A stretch of DNA of 64,000 nucleotides from Methanobacteriota archaeon (GTDB taxonomy: Archaea; Halobacteriota; Bog-38; Methanoflorentales; Methanoflorentaceae), in the NCBI GenBank assembly GCA_963719035.1, contig CAVRAO010000002.1, positions 256,001-320,000 of the forward strand. Reading direction: 5' to 3'. A program made the translations under genes and the position numbers. Positions 19,812 through 29,835 of this stretch are shown here, piece after piece (position 1 is the stretch's first letter; the number at the start of each line of letters is the position of its first letter). The notes beneath the pieces were generated by a model, which had not been told where the DNA came from, searched no databases, and saw nothing but the letters and a program-made list of their open reading frames with translations.

Positions 19812-21007
19812 TCTTTGTAGCGCGTTCCTTTTCGTTCCCGATCCAAGAAATAGACCTCAAAGCCTGGTATAGTTGCACGAACTACGGGAACACGAATAGC
19901 GCTTACTGTTATATCAGAGATAATAACGCTGTTTGCCACATTTTGCAAGCGCTCGAGGACGATTCTGATGTCACTGTCGATAGATGTAGTTGCCATAGCT
20001 TCAAGTTCGTCGAGCTCGATCATCTCGCGTGGTTTTTCTAACCAATGCTTATTGAGCCTTTTCATCCTCTCATACCCAATCATTCGGGCTACCGATTCCC
20101 GATTGGTGTCTTCACGAGCGCCGTGAATCTGTGTAGCTCGCGACTGCGCCACTTCAGTCAGTGCTCTAAGCGCGGCAATTTCGGGATCGGTATGACTTCC
20201 GGCCCCCATAACCAATAAAGAAGCATCACGCATTTTTTCGTCATCTGATGCTGCCACAATAGTTGGAACGCCAGTATCAGTGCGGAGCGACCACAGCCGA
20301 ACGACAACGCCTTGCTGCTCAAACTTGTCGATTATTTCGCTAACTCGACCTGCACCTACGTTGAGACCTAAACCGGGGTTGCGGTTTATCTCTGCAATGC
20401 TTACTGCGTCTCTCTCAATTACCTCCATCAGGCCATGAAAGATCGCCTCTTCCATTACGTTGCCTGATGCAAGACCATTTGTATTGCTTCTAAAGAGCTG
20501 CCAATTACCTCGCACTGGCGAATAAGGATGAAAAACGGCGTTTGCCGGAACAATTACCTCTTCATCGTTAAGAAGGTCCCACCCTGGGTACCACTCAATT
20601 TTTGTATCGGTAGAAAGGTAGCCCGGCAATATGAGATCAGTGGGATTAACGGCGCGATTTTCTCCACTAAGGTGCGCGTATGAATCGAACAATAATTGCT
20701 CCTTGAGATTTCCAACTTCAGCAGAGAACCGTTCGACAGCCTCCATTATCACCGAAACGCGGGCTTCCGTTTCACTTGTGCCCTTGCCAGCATACACAGA
20801 AATAGCACCGTCTGCTGCCGACGGCCTTATAGCAGAAAATACGGGCAACCCTATGCGATCTAGCCCGGAAATATCTGCTATCCGTGTTATCCCAACCTCT
20901 GGTACGGCTGCCTGAACACGTTCTAGTGTCTCTGCTGGCGGTATCACCCTGTGCGTATCAATGCAATACGTCTTTGGTGCAGTGTGCAGTTCAATCTTGC
21001 TTGTCAT
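19790..21007 (-). CDS. ycaO: YcaO-related McrA-glycine thioamidation protein (methanogenesis marker 1)
   Basis: GITRIADISGLDRIG, GKG, MEAVER, SNTNGLASGN, EVIERD, EVAQSR, GAREDT. Confidence 0.93.
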   Translation of the reverse strand: MTSKIELHTAPKTYCIDTHRVIPPAETLERVQAAVPEVGITRIADISGLDRIGLPVFSAIRPSAADGAISVYAGKGTSETEARVSVIMEAVERFSAEVGNLKEQLLFDSYAHLSGENRAVNPTDLILPGYLSTDTKIEWYPGWDLLNDEEVIVPANAVFHPYSPVRGNWQLFRSNTNGLASGNVMEEAIFHGLMEVIERDAVSIAEINRNPGLGLNVGAGRVSEIIDKFEQQGVVVRLWSLRTDTGVPTIVAASDDEKMRDASLLVMGAGSHTDPEIAALRALTEVAQSRATQIHGAREDTNRESVARMIGYERMKRLNKHWLEKPREMIELDELEAMATTSIDSDIRIVLERLQNVANSVIISDITVSAIRVPVVRATIPGFEVYFLDRERKGTRYKEWRNVTA

Positions 21008-21220
21008 TACGCCTCACGCAAGTGCGGATATAACAATTCTTCTGTATTTTGAATGCTCAAACTCAAGCGCTTACCGTGCATAACATGCTAGTGTCGCCTA
21101 ATAAACAAATCGATGTAGGGCCTTAAGCAGCTGCAAATAAGAGCGACGCATAGGAACTTTTCTTACTTGTAATAAACTCAAATATTTATTAATTGGAAAA
21201 AAGTCAGACACAACGCGTCC

Positions 21221-21565
21221 TTAGTCGCTTTCATCAAGGTTATCTGTGAATTTTCCCGTGTTTTGTAGAATATTATACCAGCGACGAGAGATCGAATACG
21301 CAAAATCTTCAAACACAATGTAGTTTATCTCCTTAAGAATCGCTCCCTCTGCGATAGTTACAAACGTATAGTCAAAATCTGAAGATTCAATTTTAAAAAT
21401 GTCGCCTACAGATCCCTTTATCTCGTGCGGCTTCTCTCCATTATCTTGCGTCACAAGAGCCCAGTTAGGGCCAAATCGCGGATGAATTCCTAATAGTTGC
21501 CAAACGTTACTCGAACCTTCAATCAAAAAGCTCAGTTCTGCTTTGAGACTCAGTATTGTATCCAC
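21221..21565 (-). CDS. Hypothetical protein
   Basis: 114-aa ORF preceded by AGGAG SD. Confidence 0.6.
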   Translation of the reverse strand: MDTILSLKAELSFLIEGSSNVWQLLGIHPRFGPNWALVTQDNGEKPHEIKGSVGDIFKIESSDFDYTFVTIAEGAILKEINYIVFEDFAYSISRRWYNILQNTGKFTDNLDESD

Positions 21566-21783
21566 ACCTTGCTCCTTATGTAAAGACGAATAAGCTCAGC
21601 TTGACTTTTGATATGCCTTATGCTTTGTCTTTGAAAAAACTTTCGTGCCAGAAGCTACGGAGTTCATAGGCTTTCACTTCGCATGTTACTTCAAAAGTCT
21701 TCAACTTTTGACTAGAGACGTTGCTATTCGATGATCTTTTGATTGTCGATATCTAGAAGTAAGAGGAGATAGAAGTACGTCTG

Positions 21784-22047
21784 ATGGCTCAAGACGCAGA
21801 AAAAGACACCGAAGGTCAAAACGAGGACGTTTACGAGCTCGTATTACCTCCTGGTATTCCAAGTAAGGTTATAATTGCAGCGTGCAAAGAATTTAACACT
21901 GACGTTGTGTCAGCTTATGCAGACGTTGAAACTGGCCTAACTGACGTGACTTCTCGAGATTTACTCGCTTTTAGGGCAGACAAGGAGACAATAGAAAAGA
22001 TCCGTGAATTCGTAATTGAAGAGACGAGAAAGTTTATTGACGAGTGA
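21784..22047 (+). CDS. Hypothetical acidic protein
   Basis: 87-aa ORF containing YELVLPPGIP. Confidence 0.65.
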   Translation: MAQDAEKDTEGQNEDVYELVLPPGIPSKVIIAACKEFNTDVVSAYADVETGLTDVTSRDLLAFRADKETIEKIREFVIEETRKFIDE

Positions 22048-22099
22048 AATTAGCTTGTGAATGCAAAGTTGCGCAGGATCGCAAGTTACGTGCTGCGCC

Positions 22100-22402
22100 T
22101 TAACCACCGGGCTCATCAAAGCCGTCCATTGTTACGTGAAGTAACTCTCTTTTCTCATCTAAGCGTTTGCGAAACTCTTCGAGTGACTGAGCCTCTCTAT
22201 CTGCTGTCACTGTTTCCTTGCTGACTAGCTCGAGGTGCTTTGGATCGTAATACAAATTAGAAGAGTCAATAAGCACCCACGTCTTTTCCTCAAAGACTCG
22301 TAGCTCTAGCACCTTTCCGCGCGTGTGCGTGCCGGCATACTTAACATGAGCGCCTACGGTAATCGCGCGATTTTTCATGTCGAGAGCAACTTCATCGCCC
22401 AT
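22100..22402 (-). CDS. DUF2098-like methanogen protein
   Basis: VGAHVKYAGTHTRGKV, WVLIDSSNLYY, C-terminal PGG. Confidence 0.7.
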   Translation of the reverse strand: MGDEVALDMKNRAITVGAHVKYAGTHTRGKVLELRVFEEKTWVLIDSSNLYYDPKHLELVSKETVTADREAQSLEEFRKRLDEKRELLHVTMDGFDEPGG

Positions 22403-22475
22403 GTCACATTCCCTCATCAACTATTCGTTCTTAAGTTCTTAAGCTTACTGCACCTGTTAACGACCCACGTTTTGC

Positions 22476-23144
22476 CTAGTAGCTGTTGCTATCCCTTTCA
22501 CATAAAGCAAAAGCGCGCACAGGAGAAGCGTCAGCACGTACTAACTTCAGCGGCATCCCGAAGAATATTGCGCGCTTACCCACAAGCATCCGGAGATTAC
22601 TTGACAGATTTTCAAAAATGACAATGTCGTTTTGGAGAAGTTTCTTATGGACCTCGTTCTCTAACGAGTCGAGAGGATCTACGGACATGCTATCAATTCC
22701 TACTGCCTTTACTCGTTTCTCTATTAACCAGTCCGCAAGAGTTGTATCAAGACAAGTCCACAGGCGCTTTGTCGGCATACTTGTTGCCGGATCGTTAGAC
22801 TTAGTGTAGAAAAGCGCTATCTCGCCTTGTTGGACAGTAACACTCGGATCTAAATCATCCAAGCAAATACATGACCCGAGGACTTTATTTGTAACGTCAT
22901 ATATAAGCGCGCTCCCGCAAAAAGCTTCGAGAGCCAGCTCGTCAACGCTTTTACCTAGTTCTGAGAGATGATAGGGAACATCGACGTGGGTACCGGCATG
23001 CGTGCTCAAGACAACACGTGCTATGTTCGCTCCGTCCCTTTGGATTGTGCCAAGGACCTCCAGTTGCGGACAAGGGTCTCCAGGATATGTGGCTGTTTCA
23101 GCTGATAAAGGAAGAGACAGATCAACTATTCTTCTTTCGTTCAT
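22476..23144 (-). CDS. Cyclase family (kynurenine formamidase-like) hydrolase
   Basis: YPGDP, HAGTHVDVPYH, VGIDSMSVD, FENL, DASPVRA. Confidence 0.9.
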   Translation of the reverse strand: MNERRIVDLSLPLSAETATYPGDPCPQLEVLGTIQRDGANIARVVLSTHAGTHVDVPYHLSELGKSVDELALEAFCGSALIYDVTNKVLGSCICLDDLDPSVTVQQGEIALFYTKSNDPATSMPTKRLWTCLDTTLADWLIEKRVKAVGIDSMSVDPLDSLENEVHKKLLQNDIVIFENLSSNLRMLVGKRAIFFGMPLKLVRADASPVRAFALCERDSNSY

Positions 23145-23211
23145 AATGGTGAGTTAAAAAAAAGTGCATTTACGTGAGTAAGAATTGGATGAACAGCACT
23201 AACTATAGCAC

Positions 23212-23230
23212 AAAAAAAGAAAAAAAAGAA
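23212..23230 (-). terminator. Oligo-T terminator of the mtr operon
   Basis: TTCTTTTTTTTCTTTTTTT on the minus strand just after the mtrH stop. Confidence 0.6.
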
Positions 23231-23241
23231 GGGAGCTGGTT

Positions 23242-24201
23242 TTAAACCAGCCTCATCAACGGTGTGTTTTCCGTCTGCGGTTCGACTCCTAGCTCTTTGG
23301 TGCTCTCCTCGTTTATGATGTCGATCATCGCCATAGCGGGGAAGATGATCGTTGACAATTCGACCGGACCATACAAGAGATAGTCGGCGCCGACAATACC
23401 ACAGATCATGTTTGCACCGATACTACATGGTTCCCACACCTCTGGGACGGGCCGGTTCAGTGTGTGGCCGGTCTTTCTGAATCTGCGCAACCACGTCCAC
23501 GCATCAGGGATGTTGTGTGGTCCGCCTCCGGTCGGGAACCCGAGCGTGCCCTTGAATGCGACCACCGATCGGATTGACTGTCCTGCGCCTGCGCCGAGTG
23601 AGAGCGAAGCGACATCGAGCAGCGGCCGCGTAATGCCGGATTCTTCACTAGACTTTAGGAGTCCCTGTTCCTGTCCTGTGCCGCCAACCGTAAGTATGTC
23701 TAGTCGGCCTCTCGGGCTCACGTCCGTCGGATTGAACGCCAAAACGATGGCTGAGTCGACATCTGTTTGCTTTATCGCCTCCCACTCTTCTGGCAGCGCA
23801 CTTGCATTGACGGAGTTATAAACGGCGAGTTTTCCCGCGCCGATTTCATCCGCGTATTTTGCCGCGAACATGCGCACCGCCGGCACACTTGAATCGACCA
23901 GGAAGGCGATCCCGGGGGCGGTTTCCAGGTGCCAGTCGATGTACTTTTTCATCGCCTCTTCGGTCTCGGCGATCACCTGGTTCCAGTAGCCGAGCCCCGT
24001 CAGGTCCGACAGCTCAACCTGTGTGTTCCACTGCGTTTCGGCGAGTTCCTTGTCAATTTCACCTTTCTGGGCGTCTAAAACCACCTTATGCTTGTCGTAG
24101 AACATCGAGCTGGCGAGCACGGTCGGATATTCGCCGGGTTGCCCGCCAACGTGAAAACCGCCTATTTCGAAAACGGTTTGCTTTTTATCGTATCTAAACA
24201 T
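23242..24201 (-). CDS. mtrH: Methyl-H4MPT:CoM methyltransferase subunit H
   Basis: MFRYDKKQTVFEIGG..GGQPGEYPTVL, GGGPHN, YGPVE; last gene of mtr operon. Confidence 0.95.
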   Translation of the reverse strand: MFRYDKKQTVFEIGGFHVGGQPGEYPTVLASSMFYDKHKVVLDAQKGEIDKELAETQWNTQVELSDLTGLGYWNQVIAETEEAMKKYIDWHLETAPGIAFLVDSSVPAVRMFAAKYADEIGAGKLAVYNSVNASALPEEWEAIKQTDVDSAIVLAFNPTDVSPRGRLDILTVGGTGQEQGLLKSSEESGITRPLLDVASLSLGAGAGQSIRSVVAFKGTLGFPTGGGPHNIPDAWTWLRRFRKTGHTLNRPVPEVWEPCSIGANMICGIVGADYLLYGPVELSTIIFPAMAMIDIINEESTKELGVEPQTENTPLMRLV

Positions 24202-24228
24202 GCTATATGAACCTCCTCACGTCGTCAT

Positions 24229-24471
24229 TCATCCGAATAGCTTAAACAAGACCGACAGCTGCGTCAGCGAATTGAGCACGATGAATAGGATGATGCCTCC
24301 AATGAGGCCATAGGCAATGCCTATGTCCCTACCAACGCGCTGTCCGTACCGCTGCGCGACTTCGGCCATTGCAAACTCCAATCGCTCTTCGACCGAGTCG
24401 AGTTGCTTCTGGAGCTCTCGGTAGTCAGTTTGGTCTACCATTACCTGGGGGAATTGCTTTGGCATATTCAC
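24229..24471 (-). CDS. mtrG: Mtr subunit G
   Basis: EERLEFAMAEVAQRYGQRVGRDIGIAYG. Confidence 0.93.
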   Translation of the reverse strand: MNMPKQFPQVMVDQTDYRELQKQLDSVEERLEFAMAEVAQRYGQRVGRDIGIAYGLIGGIILFIVLNSLTQLSVLFKLFG

Positions 24472-24474
24472 ACC

Positions 24475-24765
24475 TCACTTATAGAAGTAGTAGAGCAATG
24501 GCAGTCCCGCAATAAGGCACGCAGCTGCGAAGCCCAATGCAAACCCGAGTATCGAGTTCCCCCCGTACCCCGAGTCAAGCTTGAGCGTTCGTGTCGTGAT
24601 TAGCGCACGATACCTTATGTCGTTCATGAGATCGTCTAACAATGCCATGCTCGGCGCCATGGGTTTAGCTATGCCCTGGTCGAAGTCAATGACTGATGTG
24701 GGTGCGACCTCTTCGCCGGCTGCTGCCGGCCCTTCGCCGCCCCCTCCAAAACGTTCTGCTGCCAT
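24475..24765 (-). CDS. mtrF: Mtr subunit F
   Basis: DIRYRALITTRTLKLDSG followed by a TM helix. Confidence 0.88.
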   Translation of the reverse strand: MAAERFGGGGEGPAAAGEEVAPTSVIDFDQGIAKPMAPSMALLDDLMNDIRYRALITTRTLKLDSGYGGNSILGFALGFAAACLIAGLPLLYYFYK

Positions 24766-24773
24766 TTTTCACC

Positions 24774-25484
24774 TCAAGCTAGGGCTAGTAACCCCAAGAT
24801 TCCGATTGAAATCAGCAGCCCGATCACAATACCCTCAACCTTTCCAGCGTAAACGCCGGCAGCGTACTTGTTCAAGTTGCCGATGGTCTTCATGTGGAAC
24901 TGCAGACCCTGCACGCGGGCTTGTATCGCTGCTATTTCTGCTGCCATAGGGGCCTCTACAAGGGCCTCCTCGGTTTCTTTTTCTTTAAGCTCAACGACGA
25001 CTGGAGGTTCCGGGTAAGCTCCGGGATCTCGTCCAATCAGCTCCTTAACCTTCGCGGATATCGCGCTGACATCCTCGTTGTTAATCATGCTGAAGAATTC
25101 GACCTGCTTTTGGAACCTTTCAAGGTGCTCTTCGTTCAAGTTTTCGATGAACGGTATAGCCCCTTGAGCATCGATTATGCGTCCTTCCTTAACGCCGTTC
25201 TTGTACAGTGCCTCCAGAGATTGTCCGGTCACGTGACCCATGATTTCTGAGCCGCAGAGGATCAGAAATCGTATGTTCGGATTCGAGATGATGTTTACTA
25301 TGACCTTCTCGAGGCCGATGTTCTCGGTCTTCGCCGTGCCCTCGATCGCTGCTCCTTGGTCAGTGAAGAGTTTGCCGAAGTGAGACCCTAAGGTCACCAC
25401 AGCGACGGAACTCTCCGGATCTCCAAAGAAGAAATCTCCCTTGACGACCGGCCAGTTAGGCGCAGGTGCAACTTTTTCTGCCAC
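24774..25484 (-). CDS. mtrA: Mtr subunit A (corrinoid protein)
   Basis: WPVVKGD, KTENIGLEKVIVNIISNPNIRF, GSEIMGHVTGQ (Co-ligand His), GAIPFIEN, C-terminal TM. Confidence 0.96.
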   Translation of the reverse strand: MAEKVAPAPNWPVVKGDFFFGDPESSVAVVTLGSHFGKLFTDQGAAIEGTAKTENIGLEKVIVNIISNPNIRFLILCGSEIMGHVTGQSLEALYKNGVKEGRIIDAQGAIPFIENLNEEHLERFQKQVEFFSMINNEDVSAISAKVKELIGRDPGAYPEPPVVVELKEKETEEALVEAPMAAEIAAIQARVQGLQFHMKTIGNLNKYAAGVYAGKVEGIVIGLLISIGILGLLALA

Positions 25485-25486
25485 GG

Positions 25487-25801
25487 TTACATCCCCCCTC
25501 TAACGCGAAGGATTATGGTCACGAGAGCAAGGAAAATCATCGCAACAGTGAACCCGTAGAACGCGTTGGTCCACATGCCCGCCCAGTAATGCGCCTTTTC
25601 TCTGCCTGGAAACGAGTCGATGAGTGGCTTGTCCGCTGAAAGCGAGTTTACCACGCCGTCCGCTAGAGCGTCATACTCCTCAATTTGAGCCGCAACGGGC
25701 TCCAAGGAGTAGAAGACAAGGTCGTCCCGCTCCTTCGCTATGACGAACTCTTCGACATCCATCCGCAGGCCAACGTCAGACGACATGTCTACGAATTTCA
25801 T
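25487..25801 (-). CDS. mtrB: Mtr subunit B
   Basis: SFPGRE...AGMWTNAFYGF; position in operon. Confidence 0.92.
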   Translation of the reverse strand: MKFVDMSSDVGLRMDVEEFVIAKERDDLVFYSLEPVAAQIEEYDALADGVVNSLSADKPLIDSFPGREKAHYWAGMWTNAFYGFTVAMIFLALVTIILRVRGGM

Positions 25802-26607
25802 GCGACTTCCTCCTCAGTCGGTAATAGACCGGTTGATAGCACAGACGCCGCATCTTCTTTCGTATCTGCCCAGAATCGCAGGTAGTAGATGACCCAGCCG
25901 CAGATCGCGACTATTAGCGTAGGCACTGCTGCCTGAACGCCGTTGATGGCACCTGAAGCGATTCCTGTGACGATCATGGCGATGAACCCTGTTGACAGAG
26001 CAAGATTAAGCGTTCTCTGTTGTCTCTCGTCGGGACCAAGGCACGCGTTAAACGGATGAAGCATAGCCATGCCGCCGACAATGAAGACTGCAATGATGAA
26101 CCCTGAAGCAACTACGTAGCTCATGATCGCGTTGAAGGCATAACTTCCAGCGATCGCCGTACTGAAACCGAGTATGATAAGGGACGCTGCCATTGCGATT
26201 TCCGTCATCGACATTTCCATTATGTGGATGTTCATTTTGATGACACGTCTTGCCATAACTCCGTTAACGAGACCTATAATCGCGGCCAAAATCAGCGCGA
26301 TAATAGGGGCTGCTACTTCAACGCCGTAATTCTTTGCTACTGCGAGACCGAGCAAGACGGCTACTTGACCAGCTCCGAGCGATAGCAAACCTATCGACGG
26401 CACGCCGGTACCGAGCCCATAGCTCGCCACTCGCCTGACGGCGTCTGCTCCATAGTACACTGCAAGTATTGCGCCAAGTGCAGCGATGAACGAAAACCAC
26501 GCGGTACCCGTCCAGCTGTTGAGATAACTCGCGATGTAAATGCCTATCAAGCCACCTAAAATTCCGATGACCATCAATTGACGCGGCGATTTTTCACCTT
26601 CTGCCAT
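25798..26607 (-). CDS. mtrC: Mtr subunit C
   Basis: GADAVRRVASYGLGTGVPSIG, HPFNACLGPDE. Confidence 0.95.
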   Translation of the reverse strand: MAEGEKSPRQLMVIGILGGLIGIYIASYLNSWTGTAWFSFIAALGAILAVYYGADAVRRVASYGLGTGVPSIGLLSLGAGQVAVLLGLAVAKNYGVEVAAPIIALILAAIIGLVNGVMARRVIKMNIHIMEMSMTEIAMAASLIILGFSTAIAGSYAFNAIMSYVVASGFIIAVFIVGGMAMLHPFNACLGPDERQQRTLNLALSTGFIAMIVTGIASGAINGVQAAVPTLIVAICGWVIYYLRFWADTKEDAASVLSTGLLPTEEEVA

Positions 26608-26608
26608 G

Positions 26609-27349
26609 TTAAATCCCTCCTGGCAACATGACGCTGATTAGCAGCGCAAAAAGGCCGCCGACTGCTGATACGACGAGACTTGCAACGATCGACTTTGGTA
26701 TGCGCTTGAATTTAGGATCGTGGAAGCCTTCAATCGTGCCGCCGATGTTGTACGATGCCATCACGCAGTTAAGGAAGAATATCCCAATAGCGAAGGCTGC
26801 TGCGAGCGATACGTAGTAAGGGGCCGAATAGGTGCCGAACGTCGCAGAAAACCCTGGAATCGCTTTGTACGTTTCAACCAGCGCAAAGTACACGAGAGCG
26901 CCGCCGACACCGGCGATGAACGCCCCTATGATGCCACTGATGAAACTGACCATCGGAGATCCGTGGCCTTCAGTCCCACGTGATACGTACAGGTCCTGAC
27001 GCCATTTTGTGATGGGGTCATATTTTATTTTAGCTGATGAGAGCGGCACACCTGCGCCGTAAACGTACATGACGTTTGCGATAAACGCTAAAATCGCAAT
27101 CATCAATGCTGCACTCACTCCCCCCATGACTATAGTGTAAGCAAAGTCACCAGGGTGCAAGTAGTACGCGGAGCCTGCTCCGATGAGTCCTGTAAGACCT
27201 GACGCAGCAGCAAGCATCGTCGTCCCGGTTCCGACTCCCGTTGCCTGCGACATAGCCGCAGGAGCGCCGCCGACCGGAATAAAGTGGACGCCTGCACCGA
27301 TCAGAATCCCGCCGAGTATAATCCACACCCAGAACAAAAGATCAAACAT
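26609..27349 (-). CDS. mtrD: Mtr subunit D
   Basis: HFIPVGGAPAAM, DPITK, GTEGHG, SYNIGGTIEGFHDPKFK. Confidence 0.95.
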   Translation of the reverse strand: MFDLLFWVWIILGGILIGAGVHFIPVGGAPAAMSQATGVGTGTTMLAAASGLTGLIGAGSAYYLHPGDFAYTIVMGGVSAALMIAILAFIANVMYVYGAGVPLSSAKIKYDPITKWRQDLYVSRGTEGHGSPMVSFISGIIGAFIAGVGGALVYFALVETYKAIPGFSATFGTYSAPYYVSLAAAFAIGIFFLNCVMASYNIGGTIEGFHDPKFKRIPKSIVASLVVSAVGGLFALLISVMLPGGI

Positions 27350-27355
27350 CGTGCA

Positions 27356-28258
27356 TCACTCCGCCTCTGTTTCTTCTTTGTAAGTGCCGTAGCGCTGTCT
27401 GGAGTAGCGTTCGAGGTATACGTTCATGATGATGAAGATCACGACGATTATTACTCCAGCGACTGCCGACCACCAATCCTTTACCACGACTTCCTTCCAG
27501 AAGTGTAAGTAAACGACGAGGCCAAAGCCCAGCCCTGTCAGTGGTCCTCCGAATTTGGAACAGAACCACGCGCAGTCTATAGAATTCCTGAGGCCTGATT
27601 CAGCTTTGCGCACTACGCTGCCTGAATGAGCCGCGTTGACGCCAGAGCCATAAGGCCTATCTTGATAGTACCGATCGGTTCCAAGGTGAACGTCACCCAC
27701 TGCGGAACCTACGCCACCAAGAGCGATTCCCCAAATAAATGCAAGCACGACAAAGGGGAACGGACTTAGGTTTTGTGCAATTAGTATCCACGTTAACAAT
27801 AGGACGCTAAAATTCGCTATGAAGCCGTGTGCCATTAACACGGGCGTGTGCGTTCTCAGGACATCCAAATAGATAGGTTGCCCAAATCGCGATTGACTCG
27901 CCAGTCTGCCCACGTAGGACGTCGTGGCATAAACGCCGTGTATCAATGCAGTAACGAAAGCACCGGCTACAAGAGCGAAGAAGACGCCGATCGGACTCTC
28001 ACTTCCAGTGACAGACAAGACCGATATCGTTGTTGCCGCTCCAATCGCTGCGTAGAACGGATAAGAAGCTGGTTCACCGGAAATCGCTTTGTTATAAAGC
28101 CTGTGCAGATAACCCATCTGGGGGGCTAACTGTACTTGCGAATTCGGGTTACTCTGTGAACCAACGTCGGATTCGAGATCCTCCGCTATACCAGCAATCA
28201 GGGCTGCGCCGCCAACGATCGTCAGAGCGCCTAATTCTACCATCATTTGCGGATCCAT
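27356..28258 (-). CDS. mtrE: Mtr subunit E
   Basis: EDLESDVGSQSNPNSQVQLAPQM, NKAISGEP, FCSKFGGPLTG. Confidence 0.96.
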   Translation of the reverse strand: MDPQMMVELGALTIVGGAALIAGIAEDLESDVGSQSNPNSQVQLAPQMGYLHRLYNKAISGEPASYPFYAAIGAATTISVLSVTGSESPIGVFFALVAGAFVTALIHGVYATTSYVGRLASQSRFGQPIYLDVLRTHTPVLMAHGFIANFSVLLLTWILIAQNLSPFPFVVLAFIWGIALGGVGSAVGDVHLGTDRYYQDRPYGSGVNAAHSGSVVRKAESGLRNSIDCAWFCSKFGGPLTGLGFGLVVYLHFWKEVVVKDWWSAVAGVIIVVIFIIMNVYLERYSRQRYGTYKEETEAE

Positions 28259-28676
28259 TTAACTCCTCCCTTGTATGGTATTTGGCTTTCTAGCCCAGAT
28301 TTCTGATTCACTATCCAGCGAACCGCGAAATCAGTGTATTCTGCGGCATTAAAATTGCTTAAAATGAATTATTGGCTCTATTTAGTTCGCTAGATCACGG
28401 ATAATTGATAGGTCTAACTATTTAACATTATTGATAAGTTGACGATTAAAATAGCTTAATCTAGATAAAATTAAAATAACGTTCAATTCACTTTTAAGAG
28501 ACAAAATTAGCTTGAAATGGATCCTGAAAAAAGCGCCAATTTCGAGCTTTTTGTGACGCTAATACTAAAGTTTCGACAGGGTTATATGAAAGCCGCGCTC
28601 CGACACTGAAAAGGTGGTTGTGATGACTCGCAAATAGCGAATTTTCGCGTTTGTACGTGACAAAAGGTTGCCATAA

Positions 28677-29771
28677 TCAGTGCGATTGTGTCCGGTAAAG
28701 CGTATCTCGCACTCGAGGGATACGCCCTAGATCAGTTATTATTCTTACAAAGTCGTGTGGTTCCAAACTTTGCCCGAATGTCCCTCCTGCAGTTCTCGTT
28801 ATGTTCTCATCAATCAACGTGCCACCCAAGTCGTTTGCACCGCAGATGAGGGCTATCTGCGCAAACTTCGTTCCTAACTTGACCCACGACACTTGGATAT
28901 TTGGGATATTATCAAGATAAAGCCGCCCAACCGCATAAATGAGGAGATCCTCTCGACCAGTCGCCCCGGGCCGCGCAATACCCGCTCGATAAATTGGAGT
29001 GTTATAATGGATAAAGCTCAACGGGACAAACTCTGTAAAGCCGCCAGTCTCGTCTTGAATGGTTCTCAAGAGCCGTAGGTGATTGACGATATCCTCATAT
29101 GATTCAATATGACCGTACATAATGGTACAAGTGGTAGGAATCCCAAGGCGATGTGCACTAACGATAATTTCTGTCCACGTTTTTGTATCAATCTTCTGTG
29201 GACACAACGTCTTTCGGACTTCATCCACAAGAATCTCAGCTGCAGTGCCTGGCATCGAATCGAGACCGGCTTGTTTGAGCATTTTTAACATGTCGATATT
29301 CGAAATGCCTAATTTTTCTGCGCCATAAGCGACTTCTGCTGGAGAGAATGCGTGAACGTGAATGTCAGGAACTGCGTTTTTGACTGCTTCTAAGATTTCG
29401 ACGTAGGTATTACCGTCAACCTCAGGGTGAAGTCCGCTAAAAATTCCGACCTCTGTCGCGCCTGTTTGGCGCGCTTCAACTACTCGTTGTACGATCTCAT
29501 CGACCGGTAAAAAGTAGGCTTCAGGGCCGTCTTTTCTTGCTCTAAAGGCGCAAAAACCGCACGATCCAATGCAGATGTTAGTAAAGTTTATGTTTCGATT
29601 GATAATGTAGCTCACACTGTCGCCGACGCGTTTCTGCCTGACCGCATCTGCTGCAGCGAATACCGTATGGAGGTCTGCTCCGCGCACGTTGAGCAGATAG
29701 AGGGCATCGTTTTCATCGATTCGATGCCCGTCTTGAGCTTGGTTCAAAATGTCAGACAAAGCTTTTGCCAT
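28677..29771 (-). CDS. cofH: FO synthase subunit CofH (radical SAM)
   Basis: NRNINFTNICIGSCGFCAF, SMPGTAAEIL, TIMYGHIE, GGFTEFVPL, NIQVSWVKLG. Confidence 0.9.
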   Translation of the reverse strand: MAKALSDILNQAQDGHRIDENDALYLLNVRGADLHTVFAAADAVRQKRVGDSVSYIINRNINFTNICIGSCGFCAFRARKDGPEAYFLPVDEIVQRVVEARQTGATEVGIFSGLHPEVDGNTYVEILEAVKNAVPDIHVHAFSPAEVAYGAEKLGISNIDMLKMLKQAGLDSMPGTAAEILVDEVRKTLCPQKIDTKTWTEIIVSAHRLGIPTTCTIMYGHIESYEDIVNHLRLLRTIQDETGGFTEFVPLSFIHYNTPIYRAGIARPGATGREDLLIYAVGRLYLDNIPNIQVSWVKLGTKFAQIALICGANDLGGTLIDENITRTAGGTFGQSLEPHDFVRIITDLGRIPRVRDTLYRTQSH

Positions 29772-29835
29772 TGTTTTTAGTCCGTTAAGGTAGTTACCTC
29801 AACTTACGCGTGAAATTATCTTCCTTTAGAGCCTG

